NCBI RefSeq assembly: GCF_006345805.1
Contig: NC_043005.1
Location: forward strand, 19,096,001 to 19,160,000
Length of the DNA: 64,000 nucleotides
DNA from: Octopus sinensis
Lineage: Eukaryota
Direction of reading: 5' to 3'
In this document: positions 38,572 through 50,008 of the stretch, in pieces
Layout of the letters: each line of letters begins with the position of its first letter
How positions within the stretch are numbered: the first letter of the stretch is position 1
The notes under the pieces: model-generated
Told to the model about the DNA's origin: nothing
Seen by the model: only the letters and a program-made list of their open reading frames with translations
Databases searched by the model: none
Program-made: the position numbers and the translations under genes

Positions 38572-38870
38572 TAATAGTAATGGTAAGGCAACAAAAGAAT
38601 GAAATAGAGGAACTTATCTGTAATATAATATGTGACAATTATTCGGTTGCCATAATAAGACTCCGAGTTTCGGATGTCTGGGCGGAAACCTGCTCCGGCA
38701 TCTCTTCAGTTATCGAGGCAATCAAAATATATTATGAAAATGCCCGTTAAACAAAGGGAAATTACTATGTAATTGACCGTTATTAAGACAAAAGAATTAT
38801 TAGAATGACCGTTAAATAAGGGGAAAAAACCGAAAGGGAGGAAGTAAAAAGTAAAAAGTAAAAATGCTCA
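38570..38870 (-). mobile_element. PLE terminal-repeat fragment, same family as 12056-12436
   Basis: Shared ATATGTGACAATT..TCGG..GCCA...CTCCGAGTTTCGGATG; 3' end abuts (TA)n. Confidence 0.8.
38654..38714 (-). ncRNA. type I hammerhead ribozyme motif
   Basis: Minus strand GATAA-CTGAAGA-GATG...CATC(C)-GAAA-CTCGGAG-TC-TTATT; GUC triplet. Confidence 0.78.
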
Positions 38871-38924
38871 TTGCAATCGCGTATGCGCGCATGTACATAC
38901 ACACACATGCGCGTACGCACACCC

Positions 38925-39254
38925 ATAGAAATTGGCAAATGTGAAACCTGTTGTCATAGGTGCCCTAGGAATGATAGCAAAAGGGCTGATTGCTACCCAG
39001 CTCAGATACCAGGAAACCCCAAAATGGTAGAAATTCAAACTCATGGGGATGGCCCATATCCTACGTAAAATACTGTCTATGTAACCTTAAATTTTAAAAC
39101 AAACTTATAATTTTCTTATGTTTTCTTAAATATTCTCTTGAACAATACTTTGTGCAAAACCATATATATGACACCCTAGGCATAACACCAACATGAACTT
39201 CTCTGAGTGATTCTTGGAGCCAACTTGTGCAAAAACAAAGCAAATATCATACAC
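38925..39254 (+). mobile_element. R4/Dong-clade LINE 3' end, family 1
   Basis: PVVIGALGMIAK...IPGNPKMVEIQ...LMGMAHILRKILSM* then a 3'UTR ending at (AAT)n. Confidence 0.8.
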
Positions 39255-39342
<88 letters not shown>

Positions 39343-39343
<1 letters not shown>

Positions 39344-39497
39344 TGGAACAAACAGGGGCTGCAATAAGGGTGGAGCATTTGCAGAAAACAGCGCTGCTAA
39401 GAACCGCTCGAATACTCCGGAAGGTGCTCGAAAAATATGAGGTGTTGCCTTAGTTCACTTGTAGTGAACAGCTGACACCGTAGTACTGTGCAAAGGC
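39343..39497 (+). mobile_element. R4/Dong-clade LINE 3' end, family 2
   Basis: LEQTGAAIRVEHLQKTALLRTARILRKVLEK; flanked by (AAT)n on both sides. Confidence 0.8.
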
Positions 39498-39534
<37 letters not shown>

Positions 39535-39568
39535 TAATAATAATAATAATAGTAATAGTAATAATAAT

Positions 39569-40122
39569 GCCCTGATGCAGTACCAGGCAGTGGCTCTCAT
39601 GGCTTCTGATCTTAACTGATTGGAAGTGTTATCATGTACATTGTTTTGTCTTGGTATAAAAGATGGGCTACAGCAAATATTCTGCTCAATACCACAGATT
39701 TGCTTCTCAGTTGTTTGACCATAACCAGTTGAGCATGTCCCTTAGTGGCTAACGATATGTGCATCTCTGATCACGAGCAGAAGTAGTGGGTGAGTATCAT
39801 AGCCATGTGTTGAGAGGGATTCTTTGGGGTTTGAATAATTCACCTCTGGAAACATGGGTGGTTCTTTCAACATCCTTAAAAAACCCTTATTCAGGGACCG
39901 TTTGAGCGGGATGGGCTACTCAACCTGAAGAAAATTCTAACTGGGCCCCACCTGCAAGGTCATGTGCTGTTTATCTTGATATGAAATCACCATGTCGCGC
40001 ACATATGGTTGTGATGCATGTGCCTGGTGTACCCTTATCAGACGGGTAGTCATGATGGGTATATTGGGCTTCGTATATCTTACCCCAGTTTCACTTTGAT
40101 GGCATGAACTGCTCTCTCACTC
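39569..40122 (+). mobile_element. 554-bp non-coding (TAA)n-associated retroposon
   Basis: Flanked by (AAT)n; second copy at 20264-20713 shares the 3' end CTCTCTCACTC-(AAT)n. Confidence 0.85.
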
Positions 40123-40949
40123 AATAATAATAATAATAATAATGATGATAAAATTATATAAAACTGAGTTAACGGTATTTATAGCTTAGCTTACAATTGT
40201 TTCATTAGTTTCCATGAAGTCACCCTTCCATCATATCACTGTCATGTCAATAACTTCTGGTTTTTGCTATGCACTGTGTTATGGAAACGTTCCTTAACGG
40301 CCCATGCCAAAACCCCACAATAAAGTGTAATCTGATTGATTTTTGAATTTCACCGGAAGTCATATATACCCACAATTAAGCATAGTATAGAGAGAATGCA
40401 ATTAAAATAGATGGAGAAGGGGCAGTTGGGACTTGATAAAAGAACTAGTAGCACATTAATACAGGCTGTATTAAGAATCTTTTAGTCGTCTATAATAAAT
40501 TAAGTTGTTTGGTAGTTAATTTTGACAACTTCCTATTTCGAGGCTTCTACAGAAAATCTAAGTTAGTTTGGACGCAGACATATTGTTAAATTTTCTAATG
40601 AAATGGGTCATTTAGATAAGTTCTTACAATAAAACAATTACTCACAATCGTTTATACATGCTTACGCCCCTAAGCAATAAAAGCAGTTAGTTAACTATTT
40701 TGGGGTGGAGGTTAATGGAAACAGAGACGAACAGCAGTGGCAGTATGTACCAACAATGGCAGCATATAAAGTTATACATGAAATTTCCATTGCTGAAGCT
40801 TTCTAAAATATTCGCCCCAAACTCAAATTGGAACAGAGAAGATAGCACTGTAATGCATCAAAGCAGCTGCTGACATATAATGTATGTATGTATGTATGTA
40901 TGTATGTATGTATGTATGTATGTATGTATGTATGTATGTATGTATGTTA

Positions 40950-41410
40950 TGTCAGGTCACTTTCGAGTGCTACTGGTAACATGTATCCCAGTACAGCCTG
41001 TTGCATGGTCGGGTCGTCGGCGACTAAACCGGCAACCCCACCAAGCTTGCTTGGTCAGGAGGGTGTTTATTGGACACCCTGCGGGATGAAAAGCAAAACC
41101 CGTCAAAGGGCGGAGGAACTCTTGAGAGTCAACGGCCATCCAATAAATGTCTTAAGGCTGTATCATGCGCGGGGACATAAAAATAATCGGACTGAATACC
41201 CGATCGCGCGATTAAACCATTGGGAATGAAGGACTCCTAGTCTTTGTTAGGGCATCCGTCTAGGAGAAGGTAACTCAGGTAACTGGGATAACTCCGACAT
41301 AAAACCTGCGGCTCAGTGGTTACCGATGATGTTGACTAGTTCTTCTTTTCGGATTATGGCTGCTGCTGCTTAGTAAGTGGGATTGACTCAGTGCACAGCC
41401 TTTCCTCACT
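40950..41410 (+). mobile_element. possible RTE-type LINE 5'UTR fragment
   Basis: Relatively GC-rich; GGCATCCGTCTAGGAGAAGGTAACTC...AAACC resembles my recollection of RTE 5'UTRs; follows (TATG)n. Confidence 0.35.
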
Positions 41411-41594
41411 TTAAAAAAAATATTCTTGCACAGGCATTGCACTATAACAACATTGATTAAGCTTCGTGCAATGGCCATACTCGATAACGAGGAGGCAGCC
41501 ACCTCCTTCTTCCATTTTCCTGAGCGCCTAATAATATAATACTGTAATTGTTCCACGTGTTGTTGTTTTTTTGTTTTTCCCGTTTGGATAACCT

Positions 41595-41712
<118 letters not shown>

Positions 41713-41824
41713 ATATATATATTATATATTTATTATTTTATTTATTATTTATGTATATGCATATATGCATATATTATTATTATTATTATTATTATTACTA
41801 TGTATATATATACATATATACATG

Positions 41825-41877
<53 letters not shown>

Positions 41878-42514
41878 ATATATACACACACCTTTGCGGT
41901 ACATTAAGTCACCCGTTCGTATAATTGACGTAAATTTGCTACACCCAGTTATATAGCCGAGTTATCAGTGAATAAACCGACATCGCCACTGGGATGGCCT
42001 GCTGAAAAGAGTTACTAGTACCTTAGCGGACTCAAAACAATGTGAATTGTTGAACGCAGCAGATGATCAACGACTATCAATCAATGGTTAATGTAGGCGG
42101 ATATTATTTTTGGAAACTTTGGAAACTGTACTTTGCGAGTTTACGTCATGTTCTATGATATTAAGGGAGATGTAAGACCATTCAGAATTGTCAACGATGT
42201 CAGCAACTGGTTTGATGCATTATACTGCACTTATATATGTTATCTTGTCGTTCCAGTTTGAGTCTGTGATTAGCTTAAGTGAATATTTTAGAAAGCTTCA
42301 CCAATGGAAATTTCATGTATAACTTTATATGCTGCCATTGTTAGTACATACTGTCACTCCTGCTGTTATTCGTTGATTTTTTTCTCCATTATCCGTCCAA
42401 CACAAACAGGAGTCGATGGAGGCGGTCAAGGTATCTACCTGTCTGGTTCAGGTTATTCTTTCAATTTGTATATACATATTGCAAATATCTATCTGAAAAG
42501 CTTCTTTTATAGTG

Positions 42515-42641
42515 AAAATTCAGCAGAAAAATTAGCAAGAAAATATTTATCATACCTGGCTTTCAAATCATTCGACTATATACATATACATACCCACCCA
42601 TACACACATACATATATATATATGTGTGTGTGTGCACATAC

Positions 42642-42679
<38 letters not shown>

Positions 42680-42739
42680 CTGTGTATGTGTCGTGTGTCT
42701 GTGTATGTGTCTGTATTTATATATGAAAGTATATTATGT

Positions 42740-42770
<31 letters not shown>

Positions 42771-43594
42771 AAGTATGCTCCTTTCGCTGCGAGAGTATTT
42801 TTGTCTCTTTCAGATCACAATTGTAACATAAAACCAGAATTTTCCACAGATGTTCTTCTCCAATCCTTAACATTCCTGTTGTTATACCAGCTTTTTCTGG
42901 AGCTTTATCTCATTTCATCACCTTCAAGTAATTGCATATTTCAGTGACCTGGTAATCAGGATGTGTTGCATCTTCTTCCAGTGTGACACTGATGGTTTAA
43001 AAATATTGTTGTAAAAGTTTCTCAAACGGTCACCATCTCACCCAGAAGTATACGCCTTAGCTAGGAATATGAGATAACGACCAAATACCTGATAAACAAG
43101 AGGGATAAAGATATCACGAAACCTCTACATTGAGATAAAAAAAAAATTGTCGGTTCAGCTATACCAGTGTGGAAGATATCACTCATATCATCACCAGCTG
43201 CTCCAACATTTCTACAAGATACTACCAACTCCTGAAGCATGATATGGTTGCAAAGAATATTTACAATACTATCCGCAGGAGAGATTGCCGTGATGTGTAC
43301 ATCAAAGGCATATCAGAATCAGAATGTATTCGCATCTTTAAAAGTAAGGAATATTGGTGGAAATATAAAAGGCCTGATATTGTTCTGTGGGATAAAGTGC
43401 AAAGGCAACGCAATGTTGGAGAGATCAGGGAATGGGAATCTAGCATAAAAATGAAGATTCATGGTGAATTAATGCGGAACTTACAGCTCTGATACCCTGA
43501 CTATCCATCCAACACAAAATTCAGCAGAAAAATAAACAATAAAATATTTCTATCATACCTGGCTTTCCAATCATTCGAGTACATACACACACAC

Positions 43595-43667
<73 letters not shown>

Positions 43668-43862
43668 TATATATCTATATATATAAATAATATATATATA
43701 TATATATATAATATATATATATATATATAATATATATAATATATATAAATATATATTAATGTATATTATGTAATACACACACATACACACAAATGTGCCC
43801 CTTTCGCTGCGAGAGTATTTTTGTCTCTTTCAGATCACAGTTGTAACATAAAACCAGAATTT
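42515..43862 (+). repeat. about 330-345-bp direct duplication (42515-42842, 43516-43862)
   Basis: Both start AAAATTCAGCAGAAAAAT and end CAGATCACA(A/G)TTGTAACATAAAACCAGAATTT; internal microsatellites differ. Confidence 0.9.
43030..43515 (+). pseudogene. RLE-type (R4/NeSL-like) LINE relic: zinc knuckle plus restriction-like endonuclease
   Basis: KCRF..VEDITHIITSCSNISTRYYQLLKHDMVAK...EYWWKYKRPDIVLWDK. Confidence 0.8.
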
Positions 43863-44340
43863 GTACCTACCGTCATAGGTCCATTGAGCTATGTAAGAGA
43901 AATGCTAAAAATACTATTTTGGTATGGGTATATGATGTAGAGAAATTAAAGACGACATAGCAGTGATTTTACTCTGGTTACCCGAGGGTGCACATGTATA
44001 CAGCTATTGTTGAATGCTATTAGTACGCTATTGCGTATATATGTGTAACATTCAACAATTAGCAACTGATAATGATTCTTCGAAACAACTGTAGTGTTTT
44101 TTGTAACGAAGCCTTTTCAATATCCAGTAACAAGAGAAGTGCGTGTGTGTGCGCGCGTGCGTGCGTGCGCGCGTGCGTGCGTGTGTGTGCGCGCGTGCGT
44201 GTGTGTGCGCGCGTGCGTCTGTGTATGTGTGTGTGCGTGTGTATCTGTGCGCTCGTGCCGTGTGTATACACGATAGTATCGAACAGTAAGAATAAGTGCT
44301 CAACACAGCATTTGTGGATAAATATGCTTGTATATATGTA

Positions 44341-44401
<61 letters not shown>

Positions 44402-44405
<4 letters not shown>

Positions 44406-44716
44406 ATAAGATCGTTAATTTAATTATCGAGCTTATCAAGTGGCCAGCATGGGAAAAAAAACCTTCAAAGGTAATAATTATTATTAAAACTATAATTTAG
44501 GATATGTAAGAGATACCTCCACGCTGGAAATATCAGCCAAAACCTGACTCTAAAACCACATTAAATTTTCATACCGAACCAGGAGAGAAGACGAAAGGGC
44601 AAGATGAACTAGCAAAAAATTGCTGGATAATTCCAGATCCTGGATTTCTGACTTTGCATAAGAAATGCTTTGCCTCTTCAGTGGAATATACACAGATAGT
44701 AACATAAATACAAACA
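44402..44716 (-). mobile_element. probable PLE terminal-repeat fragment between (TA)n tracts
   Basis: Contains a hammerhead motif; both ends abut (TA)n. Confidence 0.55.
44630..44687 (-). ncRNA. type I hammerhead ribozyme motif
   Basis: Minus strand ATTCCA-CTGAAGA-GGC..GCATTTCTTATGC..GTC(A)-GAAA-TCCAGGA-TC-TGGAAT; 6-bp stem I, AUC triplet. Confidence 0.7.
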
Positions 44717-44798
44717 TATATATATATATATATTTAGAAAGGAAGGCGAAGTCACGAATTACGTAAATAAATTATCAAATCATCCCCCAAATATAATA

Positions 44799-46334
44799 GA
44801 ATCTTTAGTAAGAAATATTTCATTAAGAATTTCAAAATTATCATCCAATAAGGATATATTTAACTCCCATTCTGAGCATTATAATGCGGCGTTAACTAAG
44901 GCTGGATACAACCAAAAGATTACATTCGTTGATAGGGAGAACTCACGTATTCCTAATAATGAAGTTATCAGTAATCAAGTAAGCAGCAAAAAAGACCAAA
45001 CCCGAAATAAAAGTAGAATTAAATTAACGGTAAACGCTAATCTAGAGTACAGGCCCAACAATTCAAATAGAAGCATTGACCAGAACATAGGTAACTCGGA
45101 TAAGATTGAAGTAGATAAACCTAAGATGCACACAAATAAAAATAAAAATAATGGTAATAAATACAATAACTCCGGTGAGATGAATAGTAGTAATTCTACG
45201 AACCCTAAATTTTATAAAAAAGATATATTATGGCTGAATATTCCTTTCAACTGTGCGATACAATCGGATATACAGAACAAATTCAAAGTAATTCTGGAAA
45301 AAAACTTCCCTATCTCTCATAGATATCATAGAATTATTTCTAGGAAAACAGTTAGGATTTCTTATTCAACCCTCCCAAATATGTCCACTTTAATAGCTAA
45401 AATTAATAATAACAACATTAAACTAGCCAGGAAAGATAGAAATAAAAATAATAATATCAGAATGAATACCAATAGCAATAACAATAATACTACCAACAAT
45501 AAAAACAGCAATAGGAACTATCAAAACATAGGTGAAATTAGTAACCACAGAATGACTAATAACATTAACATTAATAGTAATAATAACAATGCCGATATTA
45601 ATAGAAGTAATATTGTTAATAATAGAAATAATAGAAATAAGGCTAATGGAGAAAATAAGGAGAATGAAAATATCAGTGATATCTATAACAATAATATACA
45701 GTTGGATAAAAAGACTAACAATAATAATAACATTACGAATAATATAAGAAATCTTGGTAGGACTTTACACCTAAATGATGAAACGGAAGGATCAATAAAT
45801 AATAACAATACTTTAGATATCAGTACCAACTATAGAAATGATAATCAAAATAATAGGAACCTTAAACATCTACCCAGGAATAATCCAAGGCCTGAAGTTG
45901 TTCCTCCTGTGTGTAAGTGTAGAATAAAATCAAAATGCCCGGCACCTGGTCTATGTAGGGAAAATAATGTAATCTATAAATGTACCATATCCACGGAGAA
46001 TAACAAATATTTTTACATTGGCTGTACAATTAATTTTTTAGCCAGAGTTAGAAATCACATCTCGACTTTTAAATTACGTCATAAAGCTGGTACCACCACA
46101 CTTTCAAACAAAATCTGGGAACTCAAAAATAATAACAAAAATTATACCCTTAATTGGGAAATAGTTAGGAGAGCAATTCCGTATAAAAATAGTAGGGTTG
46201 GTTGTCAACTATGCTCCATGGAGACGTACGAAATTCTAAAGCATAGTAAACATAGAAACTTATTGAATAACCATATCGAACTAGGTCAAGTTTGTGTCCA
46301 CGCTAAATTGAAGACTTTAAAATATTTTAAATGA
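44799..46334 (+). CDS. PLE polyprotein C-terminal part (RT thumb, Asn-rich linker, Cys motif, GIY-YIG endonuclease)
   Basis: Frame open from 44799 (track starts it at ATG 45126). Upstream in frame FRKEGEVTNYVNKLSNHPPNI* (stop 44796). Motifs ILWLNIPF, TVRISYSTLPNM, CKCRIKSKCPAPGLC, VIYK..YIGCT..R...H, CQLC, CVH. Confidence 0.9.
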   Translation, partial: ESLVRNISLRISKLSSNKDIFNSHSEHYNAALTKAGYNQKITFVDRENSRIPNNEVISNQVSSKKDQTRNKSRIKLTVNANLEYRPNNSNRSIDQNIGNSDKIEVDKPKMHTNKNKNNGNKYNNSGEMNSSNSTNPKFYKKDILWLNIPFNCAIQSDIQNKFKVILEKNFPISHRYHRIISRKTVRISYSTLPNMSTLIAKINNNNIKLARKDRNKNNNIRMNTNSNNNNTTNNKNSNRNYQNIGEISNHRMTNNININSNNNNADINRSNIVNNRNNRNKANGENKENENISDIYNNNIQLDKKTNNNNNITNNIRNLGRTLHLNDETEGSINNNNTLDISTNYRNDNQNNRNLKHLPRNNPRPEVVPPVCKCRIKSKCPAPGLCRENNVIYKCTISTENNKYFYIGCTINFLARVRNHISTFKLRHKAGTTTLSNKIWELKNNNKNYTLNWEIVRRAIPYKNSRVGCQLCSMETYEILKHSKHRNLLNNHIELGQVCVHAKLKTLKYFK

Positions 46335-47745
46335 TTGGAATATTCATAACTAGATAGATAGATATAACTTGATTTCTACTAGTATAGCACTGCTTTAAGT
46401 AGATAACTAAGAGTTCTCACATTACAGTTATCTTTATCTTTTTCCTTATATCTACATCAGTTTTTTGAGAACAGGGAATGAATAGTACTTATTCGCTACT
46501 TAATTGAGGCTTTATTTAATTTCAAACTCGCAATTTTTAAATTCTTAATTTTAAATCTTAATTGTAATATTTAATTTTAATTCCTAACTTAATCTAATTT
46601 AAATAGCATAACTCTAATAAATTATAATTAGTTACTGTAGCCCCATAATTCTATTTCATAATTAAATAAATAAGGCTATTCCCTCGGTGATAATATGATT
46701 ATCTTCATTAGGATAGACAATCCCCTAACACCTTGTAAATGATCTTATAAGATTTGACCTGTAGTCGGTCAATGTATGAATAATAACGACAACTCCTTAA
46801 GACAATAAAATGAATAAATTAAATAAGTAAATTTTTAATGACTTTTTGATAAGATTATACTTAGATTTTCCTAATGTATTTTCTGGTGATTTTAGCATCT
46901 GACCCCTTAACCCCTGACTGTGTTATCTCTTTAGATTCTCTTTAAACTCATAGCTGATTTCAACAGCAATAAATTAACGGTTTACTGGTCAAAGAATAAT
47001 ATTCCCCTCCAGTTCCTAGATGCCTGTTGATTAAAACCAGACTTACAGTCTACTAGCTCTTCTGTATAACTAGAACCCTCTTTTTTCTTTTTCTTTTTTT
47101 CCCTTCTTTCCCTATTTCTTTCTCTTTTCTCTTTCTTCTTTTTCTTCTTCTTATTCTCTGTTTCCTTTTCTCTTCTCTTTTAGTCCCCCTTTCCCCCCCT
47201 TTTTTGCTCCCTCCTCCATTATTTTCTCTCTTTTCTTCTATTCCCTTCTCTATTCTTGGCCGATCTAGTAAGCCCTTCAACCTTTAAGAGTTAAATAGCT
47301 ACAGCCTCTTGTGAATAGCAGTAATGTGATTAATATGGCAAACACCTAATCATATAACAAGGATTGGTACCTACCTCATTGTGTTCAACCATTGTAAAAT
47401 TTATCGCCTGTGAATATGAAATTCATCTCCATTTCTCTGGAAATTTACATCTACACCATTGGAATCTGTGCATATATACAAAGGATTAATTCACCCTCTC
47501 TGTAATGCTAATAACAATGGATAAATTTGTCTTCTGTGAGTATATAATCCCTCATCATATCTATGGAAATTCATATGGATTAGGTCACCTTCTCTGTGAT
47601 GCTATCAAAACTTTTTTAAAATTCTGTGATAAGACTATACATCATCTTTAAGGAACTTTAATGAACTTTAGAAATCTGTTTAATTATCTACATTACTTCA
47701 TGAGTATAGCCTCAAACACTAGGATGTCTAGAGAACTTACATGTA

Positions 47746-47836
47746 TTTTAGCTGATGAGTACGGGACTCGTTTATATGCTGTAATCTTTGCAACTTTTAA
47801 TAAAACCTGTCCTTGTATGAAACGATCGTACTAAAA
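47746..47836 (+). ncRNA. type I hammerhead ribozyme in the PLE 3' terminal region
   Basis: TTTTAG-CTGATGA-GTACGGGAC...GTCCTTGTAT-GAAA-CGATCG-TA-CTAAAA; palindromic ACGATCGT stem III; GUA triplet. Confidence 0.85.
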
Positions 47837-47995
47837 ACCTATCCATTCTTGTTGCTTCTTTCTCGCTTATAATCACCCCACATTACTGTATTGTTAAATC
47901 AGTATAGTTTTTTTTGGTGCATCTAAGTTAGGTACCATATTCAAGTAAATTTTTTAAATTAACTTGAATCTTTATTGCTCTTTGTATATATATAT

Positions 47996-48067
<72 letters not shown>

Positions 48068-48070
<3 letters not shown>

Positions 48071-48168
48071 CATACGAATACTTACAGAGCATTTCCTTTT
48101 TACTTTTCAAAAATTCCAATTGTAAAGGGTCGAAACAACCCGAGCAACGCCGGGCGATACTGCTAGTT
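48068..48168 (-). mobile_element. short non-autonomous Helitron-like element
   Basis: Minus strand ACTAGCAGTATCGCCCGGCGTTGCTCGGG start (CCCG..CGGG hairpin), ends in (TA)n. Confidence 0.45.
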
Positions 48169-48237
48169 TGAAATAGTCTCGGAAGATTATACTTCAAAGT
48201 TAGTCACTCTAAAGCTATATTATCATTTTAATGCCTT

Positions 48238-48640
48238 TTAGGGCAACTAGATGGTAGAATCGTTTGCAATATGCTTAGCGCTATTTCGTCCGTCTTTACG
48301 CTGGTTTCGACTTTGCTTTTTATCCTTCCGGTGTCAATAAATTAAGTACCAGTTGCGTACTGGGGTCGATCTCACCCCCTCAAAAATTTCAGGCCTTGTG
48401 CTTATCGTAGAAAGGATTATTATTTTAATGCTTTTAGGGCGACGAGCTGGCAGAATCGTTAGCACGCCGGGCAAAATGCTTAGCGGCATTTCGTCCGTTT
48501 TTACGTTCTGAGTTCAAATTCTACCGAGGTCCACTATGCCTTTTATCCTTTCGGGTTCGATAAAATAAATAGCAGTTGAGTACTGGGGTCGATGTTATCA
48601 TCTTACCCCCACCCCGAACTCGAAACCCTTATTCTAATGT
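48238..48640 (+). mobile_element. two SINE B (tail-2, B1) copies in tandem
   Basis: Units about 48238-48425 and 48436-48640 with core TTTTATCCTTCCGG..TCAATAAATTAAGTACCAG. Confidence 0.8.
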
Positions 48641-49145
48641 CGTTTTGTTAGTTTTGTTTGTCGAATCATTTCAGCAATCAGTACTGAATTGCTTGTATTT
48701 TGTCAAAGCATATGTGGGCATGCTAAAAATCATTTGCACAGATTACAGTGAATTTGGTTGTGTATGATGATTGAATGAGTTTGTACTATAAGATGCGATA
48801 TTATTTTTGCACATGCAAAATATAGATGATGTATTCTTTCAAATAGATTTTTTTTTCAACTTCAGATAAGGTAATTATGTTGGTGATAAATGGATTAGCA
48901 GTTAATCTGATGTAATCTATGCTGGCCTGATTAATGGTAAACTTGGCTACAATTCAGTAGATAACTGATTTGTCAAGGCAATTAGTAATGACAGAACATA
49001 AGTTTGCTGAATCGTAATTGTATCATAAAGTAATATTACTTTTCGGGTTTTGGAAATTCAAATTAGCCGTTACTTTTATTATTAGCGTATGATAAGGTAG
49101 TAAAGTAGTTTGTAAATCTGAGCAAATTGCTCTCTCTCTCCCTCT

Positions 49146-49181
<36 letters not shown>

Positions 49182-49466
49182 CTATATTTCTGAACATAGA
49201 CACACACACACATTCATAACTACCCGTTTTCCTTATTTCTTTCTCTCCCTCATTGTACCTTGCTCTCTCACCTCCTCTCTCAATATGTCTATTGATATTT
49301 GCATGTATCTGTTAAGTCTCACCACACTGAGGGACATTTGTTATCTTTATTTTAAGAATTATAGATATCTTGCTGAACACATTTAGTGGTAACTGCATAT
49401 TTTGTACAGTATCCTGTTTGCTGAAATATTGAACAGAGAAGCGCGGTATTATATTGTTCATCTGAA

Positions 49467-50008
49467 GGTGGCAGAAAGGTTAGCACATCGGGCAAAATGC
49501 TTAGCGGTATTTCGTCTGTCTTTACGTTCTGAGTTCAAATTCCACCGAGGTCGACTTTGTCTTTCATCCTTTCGGGGTCGATAAATTAAGTACCAGTTAC
49601 GCACTGGGGTCAATGTAATCGACTTAATCCGTTTGTCTCCTTGTTTGTCCCCTTTTTTTTTAGCCCCTTGTGGGTAGTAAAGAAATAGGTATTTCGTCTG
49701 TCTTTACGTTTTGAGTTCAAATTCCACCGAGGTCGACTTTGCCTTTCATCCTTTCGGGGTCGATAAATTAAGTACCAGTTACGCACTGGGGTCAATGTAA
49801 TCGACTTAATCCGTTTGTCTGTCCTTGTTTGTCCTCTCTGTTTTTAGCCCCTTGTGGGTAGTAAAGAAATAGGTATTTCGTCTGCCTTTATGTTTTGAGT
49901 TCAAATTCCACCGAGGTCGACTTTGTCTTTCATCCTTTCGGGGTCGATAAATTAAGTACCAGTGAAATACTGGGGTCGATGTAATCGACTAACCCCCCCC
50001 CCCCAAAT
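49467..50008 (+). mobile_element. SINE B nested array (three bodies)
   Basis: Tail-1 followed by GGTATTTCGTCTG at about 49689 and 49872; the last unit starts tail-2. Confidence 0.88.

Larger units (their letters stand above)
44733..47984 (+). mobile_element. 5'-truncated Penelope-like retroelement (GIY-YIG; Naiad/Neptune-like) inserted in (TA)n
   Basis: RT thumb plus endonuclease frame, 1.65-kb 3' region with hammerhead, (TA)n on both sides. Confidence 0.9.

Noticed and set aside
41995-42062. Hammerhead-like CTGAAAA-GAGT..ACTC-AAAA-CAAT..ATTG-TT
   Set aside because: Two core mismatches and no adjacent stem I.
45126-46334. Host gene encoding an Asn-rich protein
   Set aside because: In frame with PLE RT thumb motifs, carries GIY-YIG, bounded by (TA)n with a 3' hammerhead.
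46332-46349. Selenocysteine readthrough of the PLE TGA stop
   Set aside because: TGA falls at the expected protein end, not at a conserved Cys; readthrough adds only LEYS; no SECIS identified.
47053-47280. Lys/Glu/Arg-rich ORF on the minus strand
   Set aside because: Polypyrimidine tract within the PLE 3' region.
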